From Takakia lepidozioides (taxonomy: Eukaryota; Plantae; Bryophyta), in assembly GCA_030704615.1 (NCBI GenBank), contig CM060733.1:48298001-48362000 (forward strand): 64,000 nucleotides of DNA. Reading direction: 5' to 3'. Shown one piece after another: positions 38,840 through 52,627 of the stretch (position 1 is its first letter; each line of letters begins with the position of its first letter). Under the pieces are notes generated by a model, which saw only the letters and a program-made list of their open reading frames with translations, did no database searches and had not been told where the DNA came from. The position numbers and the translations under genes are program-made.

Positions 38840-41800
38840 ATGAGGCACCAGCGGGCAGCTTCCCTATTTGGGGCTGATGCCAGCAGACAAGACACCACGA
38901 AGTTAAGCTTAGGGAGCTCCATGTGGAAGTTTCCAACCACAGCATGCCGGCATGCTCTTATGATGGTGTGTCTGTTTCTTCTGGCCTTCCTTCTGCTATG
39001 GACGCTGTTGAAGCCCTCTATGAATTCATGTATACCTCTTCTGGTCCAGCCTGTATCAGCTGTGCGATTGCCGGTCCCTGCAAACGGTGAAACTGCAAAT
39101 ATCCCTCCTCGTGGCCTGGAGTTAATGGAGGGGAAGCGCGTCCTCTTGGTGTCTCATGAGCTTTCTCTCTCTGGTGCGTTGATATGAGATTGTTCCGCTT
39201 TTAGAATTTTTGAGCTACACCTAGTTAACTGGGTGCCAACTGACTGGTGTTTCCAGGTAGTAGTATCCCGCAAATGTAATTCTTTGATGTCAACGGCATG
39301 CACTAAGGTGGTCAACTTAGGCTTCGCTCTACAGAATGCGAAAACTAGTTCAGATGCCCGGAAAATGAATGCAAGGCAAACCTGTCTCCGTTCAGAATCT
39401 GGAAGTTCTATGTTATCAACAGTTGCATTGGATGGACCGCAGGGGGTCCATTGCTTCTCATGGAACTTGCGGTGTTATTGCGGAACAGTGGGTCGCACGT
39501 TCAGTGGCTCACCAACAACCAAAAGAAAGGGGCTAGGGACGAAGTCACAGACAGTCTGGAGGCAAAGCTAGTGAGGAACGAAATACAGGTACCTTCCTTT
39601 TTCCCCCTCCCCTCGATGTCTCTATGCATTTTGTCTCCAGCCTTGATGGAAGGCCCTCTGAATGTTTTCAAGAAACTCTGAGCACTTGGAAGGCTTCATT
39701 TGTATTTGTTTGCATGTGTCTCTGTAGGTCTCTCTCCCTTGTGCTTGGTACCCATCTCTCTTGTAACTTGTAACTCCCTTCCCTTTTTCTTATGGGCCCA
39801 GGGATTCATGGCCACAACCCTCCAGCAATTGTGGTCTCACACATACTTCCTCTTTCACTTTCTCAGATTTTGCCAGCAAGGGGAGAGCAAACAGTGAGGG
39901 CAGCTCTGGATGCAGACCTGGTGGTGTTGAACACAGCTGTTGCTGGAAAATGGATTGACACGGTTTTGAAAACTGACGCAACTAAAGTGTTTTCCAAGAT
40001 TTTGTGGTGGATACATGAGATGCGGGGTCACTATTTCATACGTGATTTTGTACAGCACCTTCCCAGTGTAGCAGGGGTCATGATCGACTCTCATGCAACT
40101 GCAAAATATTGGGAAGCTCGAATGACTGAACAACTGAGGTTAGATTCCCATGTAGCTTTTGTCCTAATTGTGAATCCTGTTATTGTGGACATGCCATTGT
40201 CACTGTTATTGACGTCACCTGCTATGGCAGATTCTTCTTCTGGGGTCCCAGAGATGAGTCTCATTGAAAAAGATTATGTCAGTGCACATTGTGGTTTGAA
40301 AGCTCTGGGAAGCGAAGTTGTTGTGTGTGGCTTCCCTCTTCCTCTTTGTCTTCTCGTGTTCTACTAACATTCAGGCCTTATCAGGATGACCATGCCTAAG
40401 ACGTACGTAGTGCACTTAGGCAACAGCAAAGAGCTTGCTGAGGCTGCTGAGGATCCCCTTGCCAGAAGATTACTGAGGCAGAATGTGCGCGAATCGCTTC
40501 GAATTCATGATGACGACACAGTCTTCTCAATCATCAACAGTGTGTTTCAAGCACCTCTTTCTTTTGCAGAAGGGCAGTTAGTAAATTTTAGTCTCTCAAT
40601 CTCCCAGAAAACTATCAACCTTGCTTGCAATGGCCATCAAGCATCCATGGATAGTGCATGTTGTTAGATCAGGAGAGGAGATGTCAGTCTATGGTTCAAC
40701 CTTTCCTCGAAATGAGCTTATCCATTTACGCAACGTCACATCTGGAACTTACCACGGAACCAGGAAAATTATCCTTATCATTTGCAGCAAACCGTCCTTG
40801 GCAGTTGACGGGAGTTATATGGACGTGTTGTTTTAGGAAGAATCTATCTATTGTGAATATCAAACTGCACTAAGACCAGTTTAAGTATAACCACTCTCAC
40901 CTCCGACCTGTTGTCAGTTTGGGCACTGCAGGGAGGGGCAAGGGGAGATGGCAGGACCGAAATTTCGTACTGCTGGAGTCTAGCTGCAGATTGACATAAT
41001 GAGGGGAAAACAGGGAGACCAAAATGGAAAGAGCAAATATGTTTTTACCAAGCAGACCATGAGAGCTTGGAATTCTGTTGCCAGGTGTTTCCCGAGGCAA
41101 AGGCCAGGACCTTTTCGTGAAGGCATTTGCTGAGGCCAATGATCTTCTCAAACAGCAACTAAACCCACATCAGATGCATGCCTTGGTGGTAGGGAGTGAT
41201 TGGGCAGCCCCAAAGTACGAGACTTCATTGCGTGAGCTTGTGAGAGAAACGGGACTTGAAGGGCGCGTTCATTTTGTGAACAAAACAATGAATGTGGTCC
41301 CGTTCCTGGCAGCCACAGATGTTTTTGTCCAGAATTCTCAGGTAAGACTGAATCTCTCTTACAATCAGGGTTTATGCCCACAAAGCTATGGCAAACAATG
41401 AGTACCTTCTATTGCAATCGGGGCATGTTTCTTTGGTTTGCTTTGCCAAGTAGATTTGCTGATGAAGCCGGAACTCATTGAGTGAACATACTGCAGATCT
41501 TCCACAGTAGGTTTACATGTCTTTGTATTAGATATCAGCTTGCCTCAGAATGTGTCCCCCCTTTAAATGTCCTCTTAAATCCCTGCAGGCGCGGGGTGAA
41601 TGCTTTGGACGAATTACGATTGAGGCCATGGCTTTTGGACTGCCAGTCCTGGTTAGTCCTCCTCTCTCCATTTGTTAATTTGTTAAAAGATTTTGTGGAT
41701 GGCTCAGTGAAGGTGGCATATTTGTTTTAAGAATGACAACTGGTGTCAAATGAAGGGTCTGGCCTTAGGAGTGGGTTGATTAGTCCCTTCTGCAAGAATG

Positions 41801-44800
41801 GCTGTCAGTGAGCAGTGTAATGAAATGAGAGCATTCAGATTAGAGAGAGAGAGAGAATCTTTTGTATATTATAGAGTAACCCTTTTAATAATGTTTTCTC
41901 CTTAGGTTCTATACTAAGGAAGATGACTCTTCATAAGGAAGAGTCACATCTGTTCAGATGTATCAATACGTTGATACCACATGCGAGAGGACTGTTTGAG
42001 TCCATAGATGGACCGGTGTAACTTGCAAGCTCGTTGGAGATCCCCGGCACCTTCAAGGCCATTGGGAATCTGCACATAAATGTCTTCGTCCAATATCCCA
42101 TTAAGGAATACAGTTTTGACATCTAACTGGTGGACATGAAGATCATATTGAGCCGCAAGTGCGAGGATAACCCGAATGGAAGCAATCTTCACCACAGGAG
42201 AGAATGTCTCATGGTAGTCAACCCCGTAGGATTGTGTAAACCCCTTGGCCACTAACCTTGCTTTGTGCGTGCAATGGAGCCGTCGGGATTCATCTTCAGC
42301 TTGTAAACCCATTTGCAGCCTATGGCTTGGTGTCCAGAAGGAAGAGCTGGTCCAAGTATGATTGCGCTCCATAGAGAGAAGCTCATCTTGCATAGCAGCT
42401 TGCCATTGAGGGGCATCGGGTCTGGAAAGGGCTTGCTTGTAAGTTGTGGGCTCAGTGAGGTCAACAGAGTGATTGAAGAAAGCTTGCTTCCTAGGTGTGA
42501 TAGGTCGAGCTAGACTGGATGGGGGGAATAGGGTGTGGTAGTATCCTGATTCTGGTACTTCTTCGAGGGGGAAGAGGAGATGGAGGACGAGAGCTGGGAG
42601 GAGAGGTGGATCCAGTAGCTTGGGTAGTAGAAGTAGGCCGTCTAGAATAACCTGAGGAGGTGTGCTAGGAGGGGTAGGCAAGATGGGAGGAGGTCCTGCT
42701 CCCACTGGAGGTGGAGGGTAGGGTGGTGGAACAACCGTATTAGGATAAGGTTGAAAGAAAGTCAGCTCTTGTTGCAATTCTTCATCTATGAGGCCATCTA
42801 CAGTGAGAGGTTCGGGGTTGACAGGAGATGAAGGAATGTCTTCAAGAAATTGGACGTCACGAGAGATAATGACCCGGCGATCAGACTTGCGCTTGTAAGC
42901 TTTAGAGGATTCACTATATCCTAGGAAGCGGCATTCTGTACTCCTGGGATCTAGCTTAGTACAATTCTGTTCATGGACATGGGCAAAAGCAGTGCAGCCA
43001 AATACTCTCATATGAGATATGTCAGGTTTAGAATTATGCCATAGCTCATAAGGAGTTTTGTCGGGCGGTAAAGCCGCGGTTGGGATACGATTGTTGACGT
43101 AATTGGTTGTAATCATGGCCTCTCCCCAATATGACTTGGAGAGATGAGCATGAAATAAGATAGATCGCACCATCTTCATGAGGGTTTGGTTCATGCCCTC
43201 TGCAACATCATTATGTTGAGGGGTATGAGGAACTGTCAACTGCCTATGTATGCCATGCCGAGCACAGAAGTCGGTAAAGGCTTGAGAAACATATTCTCCT
43301 CCATTGTCAGTACGGAGAACCTGAACTGTTTCTTGACGTTGATTTTCAGCATAGCTTTTCCACTCTTTGAAAGTGTGGAGGGCATGAGACTTCTTGCGTA
43401 ATAAATACACCATAGTGTAACGAGAGTAGTCATCGATTAAAGTCATAAAGTAACGGAAACCGGAATGGGTTGCAGGTGAGAGAGCTCCACAGATGTCTGA
43501 GTGAACCAGACCTAGAATCTTAGTAGCACGACTGGCAGCATCCTTAGGGAAGGGCTTACGATTGTGTTGGCCTTGGATACAAGAAACACAGGGGGAAAGT
43601 TTGTTGAGAATCATAGGGGCAATGCCACGAACCATGTTGCCATTGAACAGTTGGTGAAGTCGAGCTTGGCCAATATGGCCAAGACGTCGATGCCACACTT
43701 CAGCAGGTGTGGCAATAGATGCTGGGATGGCAACAATGGGAGGGGGAGGACAGGACTCACGAAGTTTGTCAAGGTCGTTTACTTGGGAACATTTGGCAAT
43801 ATGCTGACCTTGGGAGTCTGTAAGGGAACAAATTCCCCGGCATAAAAGCATCTCACCATTTGAAGAATCAAGATGTTTGATGGAATAGAGGTTCTTGGTA
43901 AGGCCAGGAACATGATGAACATTAGATATAATGATGGGCTCGCCATGAGGAAGGGTAACGTACACATCTCCTATGCCAACAATAGATTGAGTCGAGTTGT
44001 CTCCTAAATAGACAACTTGAGCAGGATCTAGAGAAGTGTAGGTATGAAAGTGACTCCTATCATGGGCCATGTGGTCTCTGGCACCGGTATCAATGTACCA
44101 ACTAGTATCCCTGGCAGAGTAGGAGACAAAGCTGTGACCAGCAAACGTCTAACACTCTTTCGTCTGTCCAGACTTTGAGCAGCTCTCTTTTCTGCAGCAA
44201 CGCGCTTGCGACAGTCCTTAATAACATGGTTGGTCATCTTGCAGTAAAAGCACTTTAAAGGACGCTTGCCGTTAGAGCTAGGGGGCTGACTGGCAGACAT
44301 GACAGGGGGTACACTCAAGGTAGAAGGTCGACCTCCTCCTTGAGGTTTGAACCCCCGCTTTTGGGTGTACAGTAAAGTGTTCAGGATCATCATGTTTCAT
44401 CATGGTCTCCTCCTGTAGAAGATAAGTGATCAGTTGTGTAATGGTAAGAGCCTGATTTCCTCTTAAGGCTGTTAAGAAATTACGATATGAAGGTGGCATG
44501 CTACGCATCAAAGATATAACAGCCTCCTCATTAGGTACCCTTGAACCAGCAGAGCTAAGTTGATCTAACAAAGCTTGAAAAGCATGAATATTTTTAGTAA
44601 GGCTGCCTCCCTCCTTCAACTTTAGAGTGACAAGCTGATCCTTAAGATACATCTTGGTCATCGTGACTTGCGCTTCATATAGATTGTTAAGTGCTGTCCA
44701 TGCTTCTTGAGCGACGGTAAAAGCAGTAACATGATTTATCTGGCTATTATCCAGGCAATTAAGAAGATAGGATAACGCACTGTTATTCTGGTTATCCCAT

Positions 44801-45764
44801 TCCATCTTGCTGCCAGCGCCAGTAACAGGAGTATGCACAACTGCTCCTCCTAAAGCTGGGATGGGTGTGGCACTGTGCCATCAATAACACCTTGCATTCT
44901 CTCAGCTCTTAGAAATATTAGGAACCTATGTTTCCACACATGGAAATAAGTTCCATCGAATTTGGGAAGGTCAGTGACCTTTAAGCCTGACATCTTCCCA
45001 ACGATCTGTTGACTTCACAATGAAATCAACAGATCTGTTTTAGAACTAATACGAACCTGTCTATGCGGATCTTAAAGTGCTTATGTTTCAAAGCAGCTTA
45101 CTCGAATTATATTTTGTTTTGTTGTGCTTCTGGCAAGCATCTAATAGAGTTTGATATTTCTTTATTTCTGTGCTTCAAACAAGCACCTAAAAAATGAATA
45201 AGTGAGATCCTATGGTTCGAGGCGTCCCCTGTTCCGCAGGAGTCGAGGCGTCCCTCGACTACTGTGGATCCCACTGGACAACTTTAGTTGGCTCTGATAC
45301 CATGTAATGAAATGAGAGCATTCAGATTAGAGAGAATCTTTTGTATATCATAAAGTAACACTTTTTAATAGTGTTTTCTCCTTAGGTTCTATACTAAGGA
45401 AGATGACTCTTCATAAGGAACAGTCACATCTGTTCAGATGTGAAGTGTCACAACTGTAGGGATGATTGCTTCCTAATCTAAATTAGGTCTAACAAGCAGG
45501 AAGTTTTCTGTACTTTGGCAGGGAACTGCAGCGGGAGGCACACTGGAGATTGTTGTCAATGGAACCACAGGTCGTTTGCATCCTGTAGGAAAGGATGGAG
45601 TTAAGCCACTTGCTGCTAACATGAGGGACCTGTTTGAGAACAAATTGTTGAGGACAGGCATGGGAGGAAGTGGGTATCAGAGAGTCAGAGAGTTTTTTAT
45701 GGAACATCACATGTCTGAGAGACTTGGCCTGGTGTTCAAAGAGGTGTTGGCCCGGGGCACTTGA
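38840..45764 (+). CDS. GT4/Glycos_transf_1 glycosyltransferase (At1g75420/At1g19710-like), 489 aa; exons 38840-39173, 39443-39588, 39867-40138, 40385-40539, 41085-41341, 41589-41651, 45522-45764
   Basis: N-terminal TM helix; VLLVSHELSLSGGPLLLMELA, ADLVVLNTAVAGKW, WWIHEMRGHYF, INSVSRGKGQDLF and QNSQARGECFGRITIEAMAFGLPVLGTAAGGT. Phases are consistent (1470 nt). Confidence 0.93.
41816..45494 (-). mobile_element. Internally deleted Ty1/copia element, antisense in GT intron 6
   Basis: 5-bp TSD AGCAG (41811-15, 45495-99); 5' LTR 45303-45494; PBS TGGTATCAGAGC (45291-45302, minus); gag-PR-INT-RT order with frameshifts. RT is fused directly to a truncated 3' LTR (41816-41961); RNase H and PPT are missing. 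Confidence 0.95.
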
Positions 45765-46753
45765 TTAACACAGCTGGAAAATGGCAAGGAGACTGATTTT
45801 TTTAATGGCTATGTTATCCATGGTCATCCATTCATGTAATACTTGAGCCAAGCTCCATGCAGAGATGCTGACCATGAATTACCTCAATGGTCAATCTAGA
45901 AGCACATTCAGGGAATCCCCAATGGTCATATCACATCCTCATCTTTGTTTATGATTTGTGCGCTAGTCCAAAATCTAGTCCTGGTACTTACTCAAGTCAA
46001 CTGAAGAGGTAAAGCCTTGCATCCCCAGACCTTACCAACCTATAGAAGTCATAGAGATGTGGTGAACAACATGGGGCAAGGACAAATCGAAATAGATTGA
46101 CTAAACCCCTTGGTTTCACTATGTGACACCAAGAAGAGCCCGCATAAATGTTGAGGATTGTTGATAATGTTGAGGATTGTTGTTATCAAAACAAGCGGCT
46201 AGTCGCATAATGGCTCCACCATAAAACTCTCAAGTACAAGATTCCCTTAAAATGTTACATTAAAATTAAATTAATCACATATTTAAACTACATTTTAAAC
46301 TTGTTTTGCATATGAGAAAAAATTATTTAGTTATTTCTTCATAAAGCTGGGGATAGAGGCTATGGTAGAACTTATTGATGTATGAATTAAATATTGATGT
46401 ATGATATTACAAAATTGATCTTCGGATTTACTACTCATTAAAGTATTAAAATGCTTGTTGAAATACTAACTGAATATTAAAATACTTGTTGAAGAACTAG
46501 CTGAGATACTGAAATACTTACTGAAAAATTCGCTGAAATACTTGCTGAAATACTGAAATATTGCACTTCACATGCACGGCAACAGACAAGGGGAAACAGG
46601 AACAGGGGAGAATGGGCACTCACATTACCAAAATCTTCATCCTGTGGCTTACCAGGAATAGTAAAAAGGCAAGAACAACAATTCTATATTGTCACTGGAA
46701 GATCCAAGCACTTAGGGGATGAAAAACAAGGCAGAAAACAAGGGGGTGCCAAC

Positions 46754-47731
46754 CAGTGTTGTGCGGGTCCGGGTTTTGAAGTCGGGTACCCCACGGGTTA
46801 GGATCCAGGTTACCCGGACCCGCACCTAGATCCAGGTTACCCGGACCCGCACCTAGATCCGTGCTATCACAAAAAACCCGAACCCTGACCCGGTTCATTT
46901 CTAAAATGAAAAATGAACCCCGGACCCGACCCGGATCCGCCTACTGGGTCCAGAACCCGTTAGACCCGCTACCCGCTGGCCAATGTAGCGGGTCAGGGTC
47001 CCGGTCTTAATTTTAGATGGGACATGCGGGGTCCACCTTAGATCTGGTAGGTTTTGTCATATGTGTGGAGGGGACGAGCAGCAATAGGCCGCAGCAGCCA
47101 GCCCCACCACGTTGTAGCCCAGTGGTAATGGCCACATACCACCTCAAAAGCGGTTGTGGGTTCAATCCACGGAGTGGTGTCACAAAGTTGTGCCCTATGG
47201 GACCATAATTTACACCTCCCAAAGGAGGTGTCATATATCATTATTAGGCCAGATCCCACACATCCATGCTATAGTGATCTATCCGTGAGGCATATTACTA
47301 TTCTTAACATGTTTAAGGAATTGATATTGAAAAATAGAAAATGGAACTCAAACTTATATTTTATTTCTTATGTTAAATGAGCAATACATATTGATGGTAT
47401 ATTTTGAAGGAATGCCTCTTAAAATCAAATTCATTATTAGGATTTAAAGTTTTTTCCAGCCAAAAATAATTTTATCCCTAGTTAATCTTATTTTTTATAA
47501 TTTATTTAATCAATTAATTAGGACCCGGATCCAAACCGGTGAACCCGCTAATATTTCCCAACAACTACCCGGACCCTAACCCGAATCCATGTTGACAAAC
47601 CCGGACCCATACCCGGACCCGGATTTTCCAAATTTCAAAGACCCGGATCCAGACCCGGATTTGGCTAAAAAAAAAAAACCCGAACCCGGACCCGGCGGAT
47701 TCCTTAAAAAGGCAGAACCCACACAACAGTG
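46754..47731. mobile_element. Non-autonomous hAT element/MITE (978 bp)
   Basis: 8-bp TSD GTGCCAAC (46746-53, 47732-39); TIRs cagtgttgtg / cacaacagtg; dense ACCCG subterminal motifs. Confidence 0.92.
47105..47260 (+). mobile_element. tRNA-headed SINE-like sequence inside the hAT MITE
   Basis: caccacgttgTAGCCCAGTGGTAAtggc...gtgGGTTCAATCCacggagtggtg, followed by accataatt and a hairpin. Confidence 0.55.
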
Positions 47732-48049
47732 GTGCCAACCATCAGCAAGAGATTAATTCAAAACTTGATAAATAGGTAGGAAGCCCAAATGGACCAAACA
47801 TGTTACCGACAGACACTCCTCGATCACTACCGGGCAATTTCGACACAAATTATAATATTTCAAAGATTGTTGAAAATTTTAGAAATTGATTTTGTGAAAT
47901 TAAATAACTTTGTGAATGATAATAAAGCATCTTTGGAAATATTCTATATATTGAAATGAAATTCTCAAATAAAATAAATATTCGACAGATGATTGTTGAA
48001 CTTGCCAAGGTACTACGGTATGTATCTTGTTGCCTGATTTTATGAACTG

Positions 48050-48806
48050 TGCCGCTGCAGCACCTGCCTTTAGTTAACCATCTACCCATGTAGGTTTCTT
48101 GTAGCTATTGATCCACAAGGAATCATAGGTAATCTTATCTTTTGAAATCTGGCCCTTTTGGATGAATCTGGACACACTCTATCCCTGCCCTTCAGCTATC
48201 ACTGCCTCTGCAAAAATCATGCATAAATCCTTGTCTTGCAACTGATAATGACAGCCTAGATTTGTTCTAGGAAACACCCAACTCAGCTTATCGCACTAGT
48301 TCCTATGCTGAATTTCGTCTGCTACTCTCTATAATCTAATAGGCATTCAACTTTTTGCCTTGGTTGTCCCACCATTGACTACGATCAGAAAAGTATTCAT
48401 TCCATAGCTACTCCTCATCTCTGTTACGTATTTTTGGATACTTTTCTGTCGTCACGTTGGCAATATCATATCAAAGTCACTCTAAACTATCAAAGATTCA
48501 CTCAACCAGCTAACTTGCAAAACTCAACATGGAATTTTAGGGCCGATTCTAATAAGAGGGAAAAACAGAGTGAAATGTGTTGAAGAATGTACTTTCATTA
48601 GGAATGCCTGATTTTATCAATTGTGCCGCTGCTTTTGCGGCTTCCAATTGACCATATACCCATGCAGTTTTCTTGCAGCAATGGATCCACAGGGAATCAT
48701 AGGTAATCTTGAGCTTGAAATCCGGCCCTCTTAGATGAATCTGGACCCAAACTCTACCCCTGCTCCTTAAGCTATCCATGGTCTACACAAAATCATGCAT
48801 ACATCC
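48050..48806. repeat. Dispersed ~1.3-unit copy of the ~575-bp repeat of 9411-10862
   Basis: Alignable throughout; the unit anchor recurs at ~48074 and ~48648. Confidence 0.88.
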
Positions 48807-50314
48807 CAAAGCTTCTAGCTCTACCCACTCCCTCTCCCGCAGTCCTTCTCCTTGCTTCCCCGCTGTTCGTCTCCTCGACATTCTAGGGTATTGAACGCCA
48901 CGGATGATGTCCATTTAATGAACTTCATCAGTACAAGGGATTTCATCATCCATTTCAACACGTGTCCTTCTGTCCAAAAATAGATGCAAATATGCATTAA
49001 ACATCCAATATTTAGTACTTATGCCAACTTTTTGTGGTTTCATCCCTCTCCGCAGCCACCTTTTCGTCCTCCTGCTGCCACTTTTTTCATTTACAAGGAA
49101 CTTTTTCATCCAGTCCATCATAACATTCTAAAAATTCTCTATTTGAGTCTACTCAAAGATTTGACCCTTCCCCACCTTTGCAATTATGGCACAACCATCA
49201 TACCACCAAACTATAACCTACTCTTGTAAAAAGGTGAGTAATTGTTTTTATTGATGTTTATATTTGTTTTGTATACATATGAATAGCTCTAATCACATGC
49301 TCTCAACTCAACTCATTTCACTCAAATTTATTATGACGTTATTATTCGCATTTTTTTGGGCTGCTTCAAGTCTTTAACCAGGATTAAAAAATGTGACTGC
49401 ACCAAATTAATATTACAGATAAAATCCAAAAACTATATAGTAAATAATAATAATAATAATTCCTCTGAAAACAAATTATTGTAAATATTATGAAACATTG
49501 AGTTATATTTGGAGGTTCCTCTTTTATTTTAATATTAAGTCATATATTTATACATTCTACTATACATGCCTATTGCATTTTAAAGGAAACCTGGGAGTGA
49601 CAGCCCCGTATATACTATATACTATATACCCTTCATTTATGGGTCTTCTTTACGAATATTTTACACATGTAAGATTCACTTACGGGTCTTATCTAATCAA
49701 GGTCAATGCAAGTTAGTATTTAAGTGGGGGATTATGTGCTTCATGTAGGTACTATCTAGTGGAGGTATATCGGGATCTTACTCATTTTTGGCACCAATGC
49801 GTGGTCTCTCCCTTATAAACAACCAGTAAACAAGTAATTAATACTTCCATCTCTCTGTCACTTCCCCTGATGTTCATTGAACCGGATTCGGTCTGAAGCG
49901 TCCTGTGGCCCTCAGTGAGCTTCTGTTATGGTCTATTGTCTCTTGGGGGCTTGGTGCCGTTGTTAGACATGGGCATATTCACTGTCTGCTGGGCTGGTCT
50001 TGTGCCTTGATTTTTCTTTACCTGGCACTGGCATGCTCTTTGTTGTTTTGGAGGTGTCAGTAAAGGATCCACATCAACTAATAACAACAGTGTCAAGTAG
50101 TGCAGAAAGGCAATCAGGACAAAGTCGACTTTGGGTCGACATGTATGTACACATACTTCAGTTAGCTATTTGCTCAAGTGTCATTCTTGAAATAGTGCAA
50201 CGTACCCATCATGAACATCCAGTCCAGTAACAAATGAATCTGCCTACATCTGCATGAATCACATCCCAGTGATCATATGACATTTCAGTCTTAGCTGGAC
50301 CAGTATCAGCAGCA

Positions 50315-52627
50315 CTAATCATTCTTTCTATCAATCTTCACTGAGGGCATCGATGAAGAGAACCACCGGTCTTGCACCCAAGAAGGTGCATAGTGTAGCC
50401 ACCAGTATACATGAGAGAGATAGCCAAAGGTGAAGTAAGATGGGACCCGACTTGAGGTTATAGCTGCAACTGCCTTCTTGGCAAATTCATCAGTGGGTGT
50501 AGCCTTCGGATTCTTAGATACACCTGCAACCCGCTTGATCAGTGCCCCTTCGTAAGGCTTGTACAATTTGAGGGCCGAATCGGCAACATAGCCAGTCACA
50601 ACATTGCGGGCCTTCATACCGAATCCAGAAACAATGACCCCAGGGACAATGACGATGACATCGATCCCAAAAGGCTTCACCTCCTGCCTGACAAGTTGGG
50701 ATCCAAATCAAATGCTCAGATTGTACCACTGGAGTTGATCCTATAGAACCATTCAGCAAAGCCACCACCTACCTTTGTCTCTAGAGTTTCCTTTTGTGCT
50801 GGCATACACACTACTACGCACGTGATCTTCATTTCATAGACTATCCTAAGTAGCCCTGCATGGTTGAATGCAGACCTGAAATTTTAAAACTTGTGTTGTT
50901 TGAAATACAATAGCAGGGGATAGAGAGCCAGCCAGAGAAATGACAAATGCTAGCTACGTAGACATCTTAAGAGGGTCATCTCATTAACAAGCTATAGGAG
51001 TGGAGACTGCAAGCATTCTACTTCGCACACCCAGCATGCTGAACTCATGATTTTTCTCGAGTGGCTGTAGCACTTGACATTCTTTTGATCTATATGTACC
51101 TTCTGAAACTGTCCATAATTCGTCTCTGTATTATCCGGTCACTTGAGAGCAATTGTATGTCTACTAACCCAACGACTAGTATTGTCCATGGCTACCTAGT
51201 ATTCAAATTCGAAACGGCAAGAATGAGGCTGTATACAATGTCTTGCAATTCTGATCTCGCGGAATCAGGAAAGAGAACACGTACGTAATAATCCCTCACC
51301 CCTCTGAATTACTCTGCTGAGCCACTGGGACTTCCTGTGTATGAATTGCTGAGCACCCCTTTCTGTTTGACTGATACCTTCATGCTCTCTTTAATGCCAT
51401 TGCTGCCTTTAAAAAATCTCTCTCCCTGTCCTATGGGCCCTCGTGGCCTTACATCATGAAGTTTCTTTATTCCTTTCTTTCTTGCTTTCTCTTGTCCCAT
51501 AAGCTCTTTGAGCTTTTCGAGGACATTATGTCATTCTTTTCATTTCTCTAGCTGTCTCTCTCTCTATATTCCCAGTGGAAGGAGGGGAAAGAAGGATCTG
51601 GTGTTATACACTACATGCTGTTGTTGGAGTCGGTGGTGAATATTATGGAATTATGGACTGGTTTTCTTTAGACTTCTTCTTACACTTAAAGATACTTACC
51701 GAAGCGCATCACTCAGAGCATGAAAAGCTGCTTTCGAGCTGGCGTAGATGCCACCCCACGGACCCGCGACACATGCAGAAATGCTGCCTACATTGGCAAT
51801 TACACCCTTCCCTCGTGCAGCCATGTGTGGCACAACTGCTTGAATTAACAAAAGTGGACCTGCAAAATCCATCATTTCATCCAGGGCTTCAAACTATTCA
51901 GTACATGAAAACCAGCACACATAAGAATATGCATTGAGCTCATGCAGACGAGCTTCTCTTCTTCCGCCACAGTGGATGACAGTCGGCATTTTGTGGGCGT
52001 GGGCGAGATGATGGAGTTTTCTCCAAATCATCGATATGAATTCAGAGACTTCCAAGCATATAAGTTGCTCAAGTTCATTGCTCTCAGATTTGAGTTCACA
52101 ACAGGGTGGGATTGAACCCAAGCAGTGAACTGTGACATTTACCAGACCAATTGTGAATAGATATTGCAACATTCCATTTGTTACTGGTCAGGCGGATTCT
52201 TCATGAAAATTGCAGAACTAGATTTCACGCGTTACCGTGCAACAGAAGTGAATTTCAAAACCAAGTTCATACCAAAAAGATTGGTCTGGAAGGTCCTCTC
52301 CACAAGGGAGGAATGGGTCTCAACAATAGGATCCAAGGCAGGAACGCCAGCGTTGTTGACCAAAATATCAATGTGGTCGTACTTTGCCATGACGCTGTCC
52401 ACCGCATCGCGAATGGTAGCCTCGACAGTGACATCAATAGCAAGGGTTTCAACATACGGATGTTCCTGCAGCTTTTTCATGGTGTCCAACGACCTCGATG
52501 TGGCCACAACACTGTAGCCCGCGTCACTAAATGCCAAGGCAAGACTAGTGCCTATACCGCCATCCGAGCAGCCCGTGATGAGAACTACTTCATCTCGCCT
52601 CCCGGTTGCTCCAGGTCCACCCCCCAT
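50315..52627 (-). CDS. Short-chain dehydrogenase/reductase (Ayr1/At5g10050-like), 295 aa; exons 52627-52273, 51859-51700, 50687-50315
   Basis: [25 protein letters not shown], catalytic YASSK and [12 protein letters not shown]. Introns are GT-AG and in frame (888 nt). Confidence 0.93.

Noticed and set aside
47105-47179. Functional tRNA gene (also 1536-1612)
   Set aside because: A/B boxes and D/T arms are present, but there is no credible anticodon stem-loop.
51795-51820. Suspected frameshift in SDR exon 2
   Set aside because: A recount gives [12 protein letters not shown] in frame; the 160-nt exon fits the phases.
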